Positions 47,351-60,371 of a DNA stretch of 64,000 bases are shown here, in pieces (position 1 is the stretch's first letter; each line of letters opens with the position of its first letter). The translations under genes and the position numbers were made by a program. The notes under the pieces are model-generated. The model was not told the DNA's origin and made no database searches. It worked only from the letters and a program-made list of their open reading frames with translations. Source of the stretch: Candidatus Omnitrophota bacterium (GTDB lineage Bacteria > Omnitrophota > Gorgyraeia > Zapsychrales > Fredricksoniimonadaceae); the NCBI GenBank assembly GCA_903944345.1, contig CAJARJ010000005.1:7890-71889 (forward strand), given 5' to 3'.

Positions 47351-48361
47351 ATGGCCTTGCCCTGCCTGCATCCATTAGCCCTTAAAACACTGTCATTTAT
47401 CAGAAACAAGAAACTTTTTATCAAGGGCGCAAGAGTCCTGATTGGCGTTTCCGGCGGGCCTGACTCTGTTGTGCTGTTTCATATTCTTAACTCACTCAAA
47501 CACGAACTCGGGATTCTTCTTAAAATTGCCCATTTTGACCACAAACTGCGTCAGAATTCTGCGGTTGACCTTCTTTTTGTCAAAACGCTGGCCAAACGCC
47601 TTGCTGTTCCATTTATTCATGGTCGAAGTAAAACTCCGTATGCCAGGACCGGATCAATCGAGGAGGCTGCTCGTGAACGTCGATACCGTTTCTTTCTGGA
47701 TGCGGCAGCTTCCTGGAAGGCAGATGCCGTAGCGTTGGGACACAACCGTGACGATCAGGCCGAAACAGTCCTGATGCGAATATTGCGCGGCACCGGAACC
47801 AGTGGTTTAAGAGCCATCCTGCCCGCACGATTGATAAACGGAAAACTTTTTGTGCGGCCCCTGCTTGAAGTGCCCAGATCCGAGATCGAAACTTACCTCT
47901 CAGAGAACAAACTTGAGTTCCTGACTGATCCAACTAACTGTTCGATGGATTTCTTTCGCAACCGCATCCGGCATCGAATCATCCCTTTTCTGGATAAGGA
48001 AAGCGGTCAGGATATCCGCTCCCATCTTGCCGCATTGGCTTTTTCTGCCGCTGATGAACAAGACCTCATTGACGAGAACCTTAAACCCGTCATCCGTTCT
48101 TATGCCAGATTCGAAAACAAAGCTGCAAAGATTAACCTGGCTGACTGGGGCAGCCTGCATCCGGCTCTTGGCCGGGCCTTACTCAGATATTGTATCGGTG
48201 AGGTGAAGGGAAATCTAAATTCCCTGACATTGAGCCATGTTCAGTCAATTGAAAATCTTATCAGAAATGGAGCCACAGGGAGCCAGACCCATCTTTGCGA
48301 TGGAGTGATAGTCAGGAAAAAGGCCAAATTCCTTCTTGTTATAACAGTCAAAAGACTATAA
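47351..48361 (+). CDS. tilS: tRNA(Ile)-lysidine synthetase
   Basis: SGGPDS PP-loop, EEAARERRY, HNRDDQAET, RNRIRH. Confidence 0.96.
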   Translation: MALPCLHPLALKTLSFIRNKKLFIKGARVLIGVSGGPDSVVLFHILNSLKHELGILLKIAHFDHKLRQNSAVDLLFVKTLAKRLAVPFIHGRSKTPYARTGSIEEAARERRYRFFLDAAASWKADAVALGHNRDDQAETVLMRILRGTGTSGLRAILPARLINGKLFVRPLLEVPRSEIETYLSENKLEFLTDPTNCSMDFFRNRIRHRIIPFLDKESGQDIRSHLAALAFSAADEQDLIDENLKPVIRSYARFENKAAKINLADWGSLHPALGRALLRYCIGEVKGNLNSLTLSHVQSIENLIRNGATGSQTHLCDGVIVRKKAKFLLVITVKRL

Positions 48362-48446
48362 AATTCATTACCTGTTCTAAGTGGCTGAGAAATTCTGCAC
48401 CCGTAATAAATGCAGACGCCTTTTCTAAAATCAGATCGGAGCAAAC

Positions 48447-50342
48447 ATGTCTGAAGTACCTAAAAAAGTTGCCCCAAAAAGTCCTTCCCGCAAGAATCCG
48501 AAACAGGATCCGGGGCAAGGTAGCGGAGTCTGGATAGTATGGGCTATTATCATCGTTGTCTTTCTCATATTCGCCAATTCGCCCAACGTCAACAAAGGAA
48601 CCTCAGGATCCTTAAAGATGTCCTACAGCGAATTTTACGCTCTGGTAAAAGAAAACCAGGATGCAGGCCAGATTCGGAAACTGGTTCTGACCGAAGGAGC
48701 GGAAAACACCCTGGAGGGAACCCTCAAAGACGGCGGGAAGTTTCGCGTCAATATTCCGCGTGACGACAAGGATCTTTTAGGAGTCATCCGGCAGAACGTC
48801 AAAGACTTTACCGTACAGCCACTTGAAACTTTCTGGTCCCAGGCCTTTTTCTCGTTTGTTCCTGTTTTTCTGATTATATTTTTTATCTGGTTTCTTGGTC
48901 GTCGTGGAGCCGAGATGGGAAACAAAATCTGGTCGTTCGGCAAGTCGCGTGCAAAAATCTCAGACAAAGGGCAGAACAGTATTACTTTCAAAGATGTTGC
49001 CGGAGTGGATGAGGCCAAAGAAGAGCTTCAGGAAGTCATCGAATTCCTGAAAGAGCCAAAGAAATTTGAACGACTCGGAGGAAAAATTCCAAAAGGCGTG
49101 CTGTTAGTAGGCCCTCCGGGAACCGGAAAAACCCTCCTGGCCAAAGCCGTTGCGGGCGAAGCCGGTGTCCCGTTCTTTTCTTTGAGCGGTTCGGACTTCG
49201 TTGAAATGTTCGTTGGTGTGGGGGCTTCACGGGTTCGTGATCTTTTTGAACAGGCCCGCAAAGCCAGCAAAACATCAGGAAAGGGATGTATTATATTTAT
49301 TGACGAAATTGATGCCGTGGGCCGTCAGCGTTTTGCCGGCATTGGCGGGGGTAACGATGAGCGCGAACAAACTCTTAACGCCCTGCTGGTGGAAATGGAC
49401 GGATTCAGCTCTCCAAGCGGGCTGATTGTTATGGCCGCTACCAACCGTCCTGACACCCTGGATCCTGCGTTGCTGCGTCCCGGCCGTTTCGACCGCCGTG
49501 TTGTGGTCGGGCTTCCTGATATCAACGGACGAGAGGGCATATTAAAAGTTCACTGCCGGGGTATCAAGATCGGTCCTGACGTGGATCTTAAAAAAATTTC
49601 CCAGCAAACCGTTTATTTCTCCGGTGCCGATCTGGCCAATGTCTGCAATGAAGCCGCACTGCTGGCTGCGCGTCGTAATAAAGACATTGTTGCACAGGAA
49701 GATTTCCATGCCGCGGTAGAAAGAGTCACACTCGGACCTGAGAAAAAGTCGCATACCACTTCTCGCCGGGAAAAAGAAATGACCGCCTATCATGAAGCAG
49801 GGCATGCTCTCTTAAGTCTGTTGATTGATGAAGTGGATACATTCAGTAAAGTTTCGATTATTCCGCGTGGCATGGCCGGAGGCTATACCCTTACACCACC
49901 GACAGAAGACAAGCATTATTACACCCGCAAGGAACTCTTCGGACAAATGACCGTTTTACTGGGTGGTCTGGTGGGCGAGGAAACTTTCATGAATGACTCA
50001 ACAACCGGAGTGTCCAATGATCTGGAAAAAGTTGCCCAGCTGGCTCGCGGAATGATATGTTCTTTCGGAATGACCGACGATCTGGGCAAACGGGCCTTCG
50101 GACGCAGCGGCCATCCTTCTTTTCTCGGGAGAGATATCTTCGAGGAAAAAGAATACAGCGAAGATACCGCCAAAAGCATTGATCGTGAGATAAAGTCCCT
50201 GGTGGATAAAGCGTATGCACGGGCCCAGGATCTTATCCGGAAGAATCGTGAGAAACTCGATCTTCTGGCGCAATATCTTATTGAAAAGGAAGTGATTGAT
50301 ATCGACACAGCCAGAGTAATGCTCGGTATTACCGTCGCATGA
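48447..50342 (+). CDS. ftsH: ATP-dependent zinc metalloprotease FtsH
   Basis: [24 protein letters not shown]; 2 TM. Confidence 0.98.
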   Translation: MSEVPKKVAPKSPSRKNPKQDPGQGSGVWIVWAIIIVVFLIFANSPNVNKGTSGSLKMSYSEFYALVKENQDAGQIRKLVLTEGAENTLEGTLKDGGKFRVNIPRDDKDLLGVIRQNVKDFTVQPLETFWSQAFFSFVPVFLIIFFIWFLGRRGAEMGNKIWSFGKSRAKISDKGQNSITFKDVAGVDEAKEELQEVIEFLKEPKKFERLGGKIPKGVLLVGPPGTGKTLLAKAVAGEAGVPFFSLSGSDFVEMFVGVGASRVRDLFEQARKASKTSGKGCIIFIDEIDAVGRQRFAGIGGGNDEREQTLNALLVEMDGFSSPSGLIVMAATNRPDTLDPALLRPGRFDRRVVVGLPDINGREGILKVHCRGIKIGPDVDLKKISQQTVYFSGADLANVCNEAALLAARRNKDIVAQEDFHAAVERVTLGPEKKSHTTSRREKEMTAYHEAGHALLSLLIDEVDTFSKVSIIPRGMAGGYTLTPPTEDKHYYTRKELFGQMTVLLGGLVGEETFMNDSTTGVSNDLEKVAQLARGMICSFGMTDDLGKRAFGRSGHPSFLGRDIFEEKEYSEDTAKSIDREIKSLVDKAYARAQDLIRKNREKLDLLAQYLIEKEVIDIDTARVMLGITVA

Positions 50343-51211
50343 TTACCAATAACAGGCCTGTTTATTCTTTCCATGCCCGCGGCTTTAAGCTTGAGCTTGG
50401 ACACAGAACCCGCCTGATGGGAATACTCAATATCACTCCGGATTCTTTCAGCGGAGATGGTTTGTTGTCTTGCGATGCTGTATCAACAGAAACTTCTTTA
50501 AGAAAAGCCCGTCAATGGATTAAAGCCGGAGTCGATATCATTGATGTCGGAGGAGAATCAACCCGGCCCGGAGCTTCCCGCGTTTCGGTTAAAGAAGAGG
50601 TTGCCCGAATCTGTCCGGTCATCTGTGCAATCTCGCGTATTCCGGGCGCTTGTATCTCGGTTGACACATACAAGCCGGAAGTTGCCCGCGAAGCGTTTGA
50701 AGCCGGAGCGTCTATTGTTAATGTCGTCCAAGGCACTCCGATCTCTTCCAAAATGCTTGATGTGGTACGAAAATATGATGCCGGGCTTGTTCTCATGCAT
50801 ATGCGCGGAACACCGCGTACTATGCAACAGCAGACCAATTATTCCCAACTTGTTCAGGACATTATTAGCGCCCTGAAGAATTCAGTTGAAAAATGCCTGT
50901 TATCCGGTATAAATAAGCAGTCTATAATTGTTGATCCTGGAATCGGTTTTGCGAAGACACCTGCACAGAATCTGAGCTTGCTTAGAAGTCTGGATGCTTT
51001 TCATGTTTTACAACAACCGCTTCTGGTGGGAACATCACGCAAATCTTTTATCGGGCAAATCATTAATGCTTCGCCGGAGAAAAGGCTTATGGGGACGGCA
51101 GCTACTGTAGTTTGTGCCATTACTCAGGGAGTTCATATTGTCCGGGTTCATGACCTGCCGGCGATCAGGCAGCTAACGCTTATGACCGATGCTATTGTAA
51201 ACGCCCTATGA
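50339..51211 (+). CDS. folP: Dihydropteroate synthase
   Basis: GILNITPDSFS, GGESTRPG, DPGIGF, SRKSF, RVHD. Confidence 0.97.
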   Translation: MITNNRPVYSFHARGFKLELGHRTRLMGILNITPDSFSGDGLLSCDAVSTETSLRKARQWIKAGVDIIDVGGESTRPGASRVSVKEEVARICPVICAISRIPGACISVDTYKPEVAREAFEAGASIVNVVQGTPISSKMLDVVRKYDAGLVLMHMRGTPRTMQQQTNYSQLVQDIISALKNSVEKCLLSGINKQSIIVDPGIGFAKTPAQNLSLLRSLDAFHVLQQPLLVGTSRKSFIGQIINASPEKRLMGTAATVVCAITQGVHIVRVHDLPAIRQLTLMTDAIVNAL

Positions 51212-51981
51212 AATTCATGCTCTGGTCCATCATTAATCCTGTTCTCGAAATTCTTTTGTTGTCTTTTGTTTTCTACCGCATCCTGCTTTTCTTCCAGGGA
51301 ACAAGAGCTTTTCAGGTATTAAGAGGCATGACTTACCTCCTGATAGCTTTTCTGCTTTCCCAACTCCTGGGATTTGACACCCTTAACTGGCTTCTGGAAA
51401 AGTTCTTTGCCATCTCTATCTTGGCATTTGTCATAATTTTTCAGCAAGAGATCCGTCAAGGCCTGGCCCGTTTGGGGCAAGGGCAGCTTTTTTCTATCTT
51501 TCTCGAAGAATCGGAAGTTATCGCGGTTATTGACGAAGCCATTGATGCCTGCTTTTCACTCTCCGCAAAGCGAACCGGATGCCTGATGGCTATCGAAAGA
51601 GAAGCCAAGCTTAAAACAATATCGGAAAACGGCATCCAGATGGATGCTATTGTCAGCTCCCAGCTTATCCAGACTATATTCCACCATGAAGCTCCTATTC
51701 ATGACGGGGGGATCATCCTCCGGGGACAACGAATCGTTGCCGCAGCCTGCCTTTTTCCTTTATCCGAGAACCAGAATCTCAGCAAAATTATCGGCACCCG
51801 TCATCGTGCTGCGCTGGGACTGACAGAACAGACTGACGCCGTTGCGGTGATGGTTTCCGAGGAAACAGGCGAAATATCTGTAGCATGTAACGGCAGATTT
51901 ATTCCTGTTACAGGAAAAGAAAACATGAAGACAGTTCTTATGGATCTGGTGATCACCAGGCACAAGGAGCACAAAGGATGA
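51208..51981 (+). CDS. cdaA: Membrane diadenylate cyclase CdaA/DacA
   Basis: 3 TM, IFQQEIR, HDGG, GTRHRAALG, VSEETG. Confidence 0.93.
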   Translation: MKFMLWSIINPVLEILLLSFVFYRILLFFQGTRAFQVLRGMTYLLIAFLLSQLLGFDTLNWLLEKFFAISILAFVIIFQQEIRQGLARLGQGQLFSIFLEESEVIAVIDEAIDACFSLSAKRTGCLMAIEREAKLKTISENGIQMDAIVSSQLIQTIFHHEAPIHDGGIILRGQRIVAAACLFPLSENQNLSKIIGTRHRAALGLTEQTDAVAVMVSEETGEISVACNGRFIPVTGKENMKTVLMDLVITRHKEHKG

Positions 51982-52079
51982 AGAACTTCTTTTTACACAA
52001 TATTTCAATGAAAGTTATTGCTCTCGGCCTTGCCATCATTGTCTGGGTTTACGTTAATGGACAGATTATCCGACAGTAA
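51978..52079 (+). CDS. 33-aa single-TM peptide resembling the CdaR/YbbR membrane anchor
   Basis: MKNFFLHNISMKVIALGLAIIVWVYVNGQIIRQ; ATGA overlap with cdaA; AAGGAG upstream. Confidence 0.75.
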   Translation: MKNFFLHNISMKVIALGLAIIVWVYVNGQIIRQ

Positions 52080-52090
52080 GGGGGTAACCT

Positions 52091-52819
52091 ATGCCGTTGC
52101 TTGGAGTAAACATTGATCATGTAGCCACTTTACGTCAGCAAAGACGTGAGGAAGATCCCGACCCGGTTAAAGCCGCACTGATCTGCCAAGAGGCGGGCGC
52201 AGACTCAATCGTCGCCCATTTGCGTGAAGACCGTCGTCATATTTCAGATAAAGATGTGCGCAGCATTAAAAAGGCCCTGCGCATCCGTTTCAATATGGAA
52301 ATCTCCCTGAATCCCGAAATTCTTGATATAGCCCTTGCACTAAAACCCCACCAGGTCACTCTGGTTCCGGAACGGCGCAAAGAACTGACAACCGAGGGTG
52401 GCCTGGATATTATAAAAAACCGCTCGCTCCTTAAAAAAGCTTGCGAACGTTTCTATACAGCAGGCATTCCGGTCAGCCTTTTTATTGATCCTGTTATTGA
52501 ACAGATTGACGCTGCCAGAAGACTTGATGTGCCCATGATTGAACTGCACACCGGCAAATATGCCGTGCAAAAATCTGCATTCTCCCGCAATGCGCAGCTT
52601 AAAATCCTGACCCGAGTTTCTGCACACGCCCGCAAGTTGGGCCTTATTGTTAATGCCGGACATGGACTTAAATATCACAATACGACACCGGTTGCGGCTA
52701 TCCCCGGAATGAATGAGCTCAATATCGGGCATTCGATTGTTTCCCGTGCGGTTTTTGTCGGATTGGCCCAGGCCGTGCGTGAAATGTCTGCGCTGACAGC
52801 CAGGGGGCCGCATGATTGA
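52091..52819 (+). CDS. pdxJ: Pyridoxine 5'-phosphate synthase
   Basis: LGVNIDHVATLR, HLREDRRHI, TTEGG, NAGHGL, LNIGHS. Confidence 0.97.
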   Translation: MPLLGVNIDHVATLRQQRREEDPDPVKAALICQEAGADSIVAHLREDRRHISDKDVRSIKKALRIRFNMEISLNPEILDIALALKPHQVTLVPERRKELTTEGGLDIIKNRSLLKKACERFYTAGIPVSLFIDPVIEQIDAARRLDVPMIELHTGKYAVQKSAFSRNAQLKILTRVSAHARKLGLIVNAGHGLKYHNTTPVAAIPGMNELNIGHSIVSRAVFVGLAQAVREMSALTARGPHD

Positions 52820-53207
52820 TGGCGTCGGCGTTGATATTGTCGAGATCGCCAGAATACGCAAAGCAGTTGAAACCTGGGGGGGACGCTTCCTTAACCGTGT
52901 TTTTAACCCCCAGGAAATACTCTATGCTCATTCCCATCAGTTTCCTTATCCGCATTTTGCCGGACGTTTCGCGGCAAAGGAAGCTGTCTACAAGGCCATC
53001 GGGATGAGAACTCTTTCCTGGAAAGATATTACAATTATTAACGCCCCTGACGGAAAACCCGTCTGTCACCTTAAATTCTCTATTGCCGGACATATTCATT
53101 TATCTATTTCCCACTCCAGGCATTATGCTGTCGCCAATGCCATCTTTGTTCGAGAGGCCGTATTATCCCATGAACCTTCAGTCTCTTTTGCGTCGCGAAA
53201 ACACTGA
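52812..53207 (+). CDS. acpS: Holo-ACP synthase
   Basis: GVGVDIVEI, AGRFAAKEAVYKA, LSISH. Confidence 0.96.
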   Translation: MIDGVGVDIVEIARIRKAVETWGGRFLNRVFNPQEILYAHSHQFPYPHFAGRFAAKEAVYKAIGMRTLSWKDITIINAPDGKPVCHLKFSIAGHIHLSISHSRHYAVANAIFVREAVLSHEPSVSFASRKH

Positions 53208-54006
53208 TTCCAGCAAACACGATTACGGTCACCTGCTCGTGGCCGGAGGATCTTCCTCCATGCTGGGAGCTGTCTGTCTTTGTGCACTCGCCGCCATGCG
53301 TGCCGGTGCAGGACTGACAACAGTGGCTATACCCAAAGGCCTTAACCTGGTTCTTCAGAAAAAACTGGCACATGTTGTTATGACTTGTCCGGTTCAGCAA
53401 ACCAGAGCAATGACCTTTTCTTCTGCCGCTTTTGATCAATTGATGTTAAAGAGAGCCCGGTTCAATGCCGTTGTACTCGGCCCGGGAATTGGTTTGTCTG
53501 CGGGTACAAAAATCTTTATCCAACGAATGATCGAACTTTATCCTTTGCCCATGGTGGTTGATGCGGATGCCCTTAATGCGCTGAGTGAATCGCTGCCGAT
53601 CCTGCTTAAAGCCCCGGCTCCAAGAATACTGACACCTCACGCCGGGGAAATGGCCCGGCTTCTTCAGCTTGACAAAAAAGTTCTTCTCACCAGAAACCGG
53701 AATACCATTGCTCGGGAATTCTCCCGTAAGTATAACTGCATTGTTCTTTTAAAAGGCCCGGGAACCATTATTGCCGCTCCCGATGGAACTTGCGTAATAA
53801 ATAAGACGGGAAACTGTGGACTGGCTACCGCCGGAACCGGAGACGTTCTCTCCGGTATGATCGGAGCCTTCCTGGCGCAGGGGCTTGACCCTTTTCAGGC
53901 AACGGTTTTGGGGGCACGGGAACACGGCAAAGCGGGGGACAAAGCAGCACGATTGCGTTCCAGGCGTTCCATGACCGCACTTGATCTTATTGACCAGCTC
54001 CGTTAA
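53170..54006 (+). CDS. nnrD: ADP-dependent NAD(P)HX dehydratase (stand-alone)
   Basis: SKHDYG, VLGPGIG, VVDADAL, LTPHAGE, ATAGTGDVLSG. Confidence 0.92.
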   Translation: MNLQSLLRRENTDSSKHDYGHLLVAGGSSSMLGAVCLCALAAMRAGAGLTTVAIPKGLNLVLQKKLAHVVMTCPVQQTRAMTFSSAAFDQLMLKRARFNAVVLGPGIGLSAGTKIFIQRMIELYPLPMVVDADALNALSESLPILLKAPAPRILTPHAGEMARLLQLDKKVLLTRNRNTIAREFSRKYNCIVLLKGPGTIIAAPDGTCVINKTGNCGLATAGTGDVLSGMIGAFLAQGLDPFQATVLGAREHGKAGDKAARLRSRRSMTALDLIDQLR

Positions 54007-54043
54007 TCTGAGAACTCCGAAAAATAAATAAAAAATCAGCTGT

Positions 54044-54071
54044 TTGACAAAAACCAATATTCTGTTACAGT
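54044..54071 (+). promoter_or_regulatory. Putative promoter of the atp operon
   Basis: TTGACA-N16-TACAGT with a TGn extended -10. Confidence 0.55.
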
Positions 54072-54137
54072 TAAATAAACCAACATTTCGCCAATGTCTT
54101 CTTGTTTATATATTTACGCAGGAAGACTTTTTTTCTT

Positions 54138-54899
54138 ATGCAAGAGCATTCTACAAGTGTTCTAAAAAGTCCGGAATTCCCCAACATCATTGGCTTGATC
54201 GCCGAATTAAACGAACATTCGGCATTCGGGCAGTTTTTGCATCTCTGGGAAAGCATCATTTACGCCCTTATTGTCATTGCCCTTTTGACCTTCTTCGCTT
54301 TTCATGCTTCCAGAAACAGAAAACTGCTTCCTTCCGGACTCCAGAACGCAGCAGAATTTCTGGTTTCTTTCGTTGATGATTTTGTCTGCAGCGTGCTCGG
54401 CCCCAAAGGCCGTAAATACACGCCTTTTATCGGAACACTCTTTCTATATATCCTGGCACTCAACAGCATCGGCCTTATTCCGTTCTTCAAGTCTCCGACC
54501 ATAGAACTTTCGGCAACATTTGCCCTCGCTCTGGTTGTCTTCTTTTATACTATTTTCATAGCCCTGACTGAACTGGGACCATTAGGTTTTCTGGATCACC
54601 TGATGGGCCAGCCACGAGGCATTATGGCCATGACACTAATCATGCCCATCTTTATGTTCGTTGTAGAGGTCATAAGTTTCTTAGTCCGCCCGATCAGTCT
54701 CTCTTTGCGTTTACGCAGCAATATATTCGGTGACGACACTATTCTTGCTCTTTTTGCCAGCCAGGGAATCAATGGTTTCCTTTGGCTTCTTCCTAATTTC
54801 TTGCTTGTTGTCATAACCTCCGTTATCCAGGCAGCAGTCTTTAGCATTCTAACCCTGGTTTATTTTTCTTTAGCTATGAAACACGAAGATGGGCACTAA
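54138..54899 (+). CDS. atpB: F0 ATP synthase subunit a
   Basis: PSGLQNAAE, RPISLSLRL.SN, IQAAVF..LT..Y. Confidence 0.95.
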   Translation: MQEHSTSVLKSPEFPNIIGLIAELNEHSAFGQFLHLWESIIYALIVIALLTFFAFHASRNRKLLPSGLQNAAEFLVSFVDDFVCSVLGPKGRKYTPFIGTLFLYILALNSIGLIPFFKSPTIELSATFALALVVFFYTIFIALTELGPLGFLDHLMGQPRGIMAMTLIMPIFMFVVEVISFLVRPISLSLRLRSNIFGDDTILALFASQGINGFLWLLPNFLLVVITSVIQAAVFSILTLVYFSLAMKHEDGH

Positions 54900-54964
54900 A
54901 TTACCGGTCTACCGGGTATTGATTCTCTGATTTAAACACATTGTTCAAACAACAGGAGGGCAGT

Positions 54965-55198
54965 ATGGATTCTCATGTCGCGTTAGCTTTTGGTTTGCCA
55001 ATCGGCCTTGGTCTCGCCGCTTTAGGGGTGGGCGTAGGCCTGGGAAACGCGGTTGGGTCCGCACTTCAGTCTTTAGGCCGGCAGCCTGAAGCCTTTGGCA
55101 AAATTATGACACTTATGTTATTGGGCTGCGCATTGATTGAGACGATCATTTTTTACGTCCTGGCCTTTATTGTTTTTCCTCTCGTAGGGAAAATTTAA
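54965..55198 (+). CDS. atpE: F0 ATP synthase subunit c
   Basis: GxGxGxG-like helix, RQPE loop, catalytic Glu in ALIET; RBS AGGAGG. Confidence 0.96.
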   Translation: MDSHVALAFGLPIGLGLAALGVGVGLGNAVGSALQSLGRQPEAFGKIMTLMLLGCALIETIIFYVLAFIVFPLVGKI

Positions 55199-55235
55199 TA
55201 TTTAACATTTCGACAAGTGAGAATAAAAGGCATAT

Positions 55236-55733
55236 ATGGAACTCTTCAAACTGATCGATATTAAACTTGTTATTTCTCATATTGTCTGTTTTCTGTTTGT
55301 CCTTTGGCTGCTCAAGAAATTCCTCTGGAAACCCCTACTGGGTACTCTGGAAGCAAGACGCGTACATATTCAGTCCCAGCTGCAAAATATCGAAGATGCC
55401 AAATCTGATGTCCTTCGTCTGAAATCTGATTACGAGTTGCTTTTATCTAAAGTCGAAGAAAAAGCCCGCGAACGAATCAAGGAAGCTGAAGCTCAGGGTT
55501 CTTTTACTGCCCAGGAAACACGCGAAAAAGCGCGTCAGGAAGCCGTTCGGATTGTTGAGGAGGCGCGTAAAGACATTGATCTTCAGCTTACAAAAACCCG
55601 GCATGCTTTAAAAGCTGAAGTCGTTGAACTTGTGATCAATATTACCGAAAAGCTGCTTTCCGAAAAACTTTCTTTTGATAACGATCGCAAAATTGTTGAA
55701 ACCATGATGGCGGATCTGGAAAAGCCTGAATGA
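55236..55733 (+). CDS. atpF: F0 ATP synthase subunit b
   Basis: N-terminal TM, KFLWKP...RR, long coiled coil. Confidence 0.93.
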   Translation: MELFKLIDIKLVISHIVCFLFVLWLLKKFLWKPLLGTLEARRVHIQSQLQNIEDAKSDVLRLKSDYELLLSKVEEKARERIKEAEAQGSFTAQETREKARQEAVRIVEEARKDIDLQLTKTRHALKAEVVELVINITEKLLSEKLSFDNDRKIVETMMADLEKPE

Positions 55734-56278
55734 AAGACGAAATCATCATCAAGCGTTACGCTGAGGCCTACATTGCATTTGCCGAACCGGTTATCGGAAT
55801 GCCGCAAATCGTTTCTGACATGAAGAAACTGCGCGGCTACATGCGGGAATGTCCAGATTTGATAACTGTTTTACATGCGCCGGAAATCCCTCCGTCAGAA
55901 AAAGGGAAATTTCTGCAAAAAGTCCTTTCCGGGTCTTTGCAAAATGAAACCATCCTGTTTATCACTTATCTTGTTTCCAGGCATCGTGAAGAATGCCTGG
56001 TTGGCATTACAGATTATGTCCGGGTGGTCTATTCTCACGGGCAAGTGGTAGATGTCGTTCTGCGCAGCACCTATCCGCTGGAGCTGGAAGATATCGAACG
56101 AATCAAAAAGAGTCTCTCTAAACGGATGGGGAAAAACGTTAATGTTTACTTCCAGCTGGATCCGGATCTGCTGGGAGGGATGCAGATTGTTATAGGCAAC
56201 CGGATTATTGACGGCTCCGTCCGCAATAAACTCAACGAGCTAAAAAGGAAACTGCTGAAAGTACAGGTGTCAAAATGA
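55730..56278 (+). CDS. atpH: F1 ATP synthase delta subunit
   Basis: RYAEA, DPDLLGG, IIDGSVR. Confidence 0.93.
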   Translation: MKDEIIIKRYAEAYIAFAEPVIGMPQIVSDMKKLRGYMRECPDLITVLHAPEIPPSEKGKFLQKVLSGSLQNETILFITYLVSRHREECLVGITDYVRVVYSHGQVVDVVLRSTYPLELEDIERIKKSLSKRMGKNVNVYFQLDPDLLGGMQIVIGNRIIDGSVRNKLNELKRKLLKVQVSK

Positions 56279-57798
56279 ACAGTCTCAAGCCCGAAGAAAT
56301 CACTTCAATCATCAAGACCGAACTTGAAAATTTTCGTGGTCACCTGAAGACCGAATCGGTTGGTTCTGTTATCCAGGTCGGGGACGCGATCGCGCGGGTT
56401 TACGGACTGGATGATGTCATGGTAGGGGAAATCATCGAATTTCCCAACAATGTCTGGGGCATGGCCGTCAACCTGGAAGAAGATTCGGTGGGTGTCATTA
56501 TTTTCGGTCGCGACAATCCTGACAAGAGTATTCGTGAAGGGGATGTGGTCAAACGAACAGGGAAGATTGTAGAAATGCCCGTCGGTGACTGCATGATCGG
56601 CCGTGTGGTCAATGCTCTAGGACACCCTATTGACGGCAAAGGGGAACTTAACGCAACCAAATTCAGGCCGGTTGAAGGTTCATCACCGGATGTCATATCA
56701 CGTCAACCGATCAATGCCCCCTTACAAACAGGGATCAAGGCTGTCGACACAATGATTCCGATTGGACGAGGCCAGCGCGAACTGATCATTGGGGACCGCC
56801 AGACAGGGAAAACCGCTATTGCCATTGATGCCATCATTAACCAGAAAGGCAAAGGGGTTAATTGCGTTTACGTGGCCATCGGCCAAAAAATTTCAAGTAT
56901 TGTTTCGGTCGTTGAAGTTCTCAAGAAGCACGGGGCAATGGAATATACAACTGTTGTCAGCGCTTCTTCCCGGTCTTCTGCCTCTTCTCAATATCTCGCT
57001 CCCTATGCCGGTTGTGCTATAGCCGAAGAATGGATGCATAACGGCAAAGACGTTCTGGTTGTTTACGATGACCTTTCCAAACACGCCCAGGCCTATCGCC
57101 AGCTGGCTCTTTTGCTGCGCAGACCCCCGGGACGCGAAGCTTATCCAGGAGACATTTTTTATCTGCATGCCCGCTTGCTCGAACGTGCCGCCAAACTTTC
57201 CGAGAGGCTCGGGGGAGGTTCCCTGACCGCGCTGCCCATTATTGAAACCCAGGGCGGGGACATTACCAGCTACATCCCGACAAATGTCATCTCGATCACA
57301 GACGGGCAAATTTATCTTGAAAGCGAACTTTTCTTCTCCGGTATACGCCCGGCCATTAATGTCGGTCTTTCCGTGTCCCGAGTTGGTGGAAAAGCCCAGG
57401 CTAAAGCGATGCGTAAGGTTGCCGGTAAACTCCGTCTGGAACTGGCTCAATACAGGGAATTGGTAACTTTTCTGCAATTTGGTTCGGATCTCGATAAAAC
57501 AACCCAGAACCAGATTGCCCGGGGCGAACGAATTGTCGAATTGCTTAAACAGGTTCAATACGAACCGTTATCCCTCGGCCGCCAGATTCTTGTTATTTTC
57601 ACGGGTATCAACGGGTATCTTGACGATATTCCTACAGACGCTGTCCGGAGGTTTGAGGCCGAATTTATCGATTTTATGTCGCGCAAATATCCCGATCTTG
57701 AAAAGAACATTGAGAAAGACGGGGATCTTCTGCCTGATGAAACAGAGCGGCTCAAACAGGCTATTCTCGAATTCAAAAAAACTTTTACTGTTAAGTAA
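56275..57798 (+). CDS. atpA: F1 ATP synthase alpha subunit
   Basis: [33 protein letters not shown]. Confidence 0.99.
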   Translation: MNSLKPEEITSIIKTELENFRGHLKTESVGSVIQVGDAIARVYGLDDVMVGEIIEFPNNVWGMAVNLEEDSVGVIIFGRDNPDKSIREGDVVKRTGKIVEMPVGDCMIGRVVNALGHPIDGKGELNATKFRPVEGSSPDVISRQPINAPLQTGIKAVDTMIPIGRGQRELIIGDRQTGKTAIAIDAIINQKGKGVNCVYVAIGQKISSIVSVVEVLKKHGAMEYTTVVSASSRSSASSQYLAPYAGCAIAEEWMHNGKDVLVVYDDLSKHAQAYRQLALLLRRPPGREAYPGDIFYLHARLLERAAKLSERLGGGSLTALPIIETQGGDITSYIPTNVISITDGQIYLESELFFSGIRPAINVGLSVSRVGGKAQAKAMRKVAGKLRLELAQYRELVTFLQFGSDLDKTTQNQIARGERIVELLKQVQYEPLSLGRQILVIFTGINGYLDDIPTDAVRRFEAEFIDFMSRKYPDLEKNIEKDGDLLPDETERLKQAILEFKKTFTVK

Positions 57799-57803
57799 AA
57801 CTT

Positions 57804-60366
<2,563 letters not shown>

Positions 60367-60371
60367 AAGCT

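Noticed and set aside
54965-55198. Na+-specific ATP synthase c-ring
   Set aside because: Has ET and a downstream Tyr but Leu (GVGLG) where the Na+ signature needs Gln/Glu, so H+ coupling is more likely
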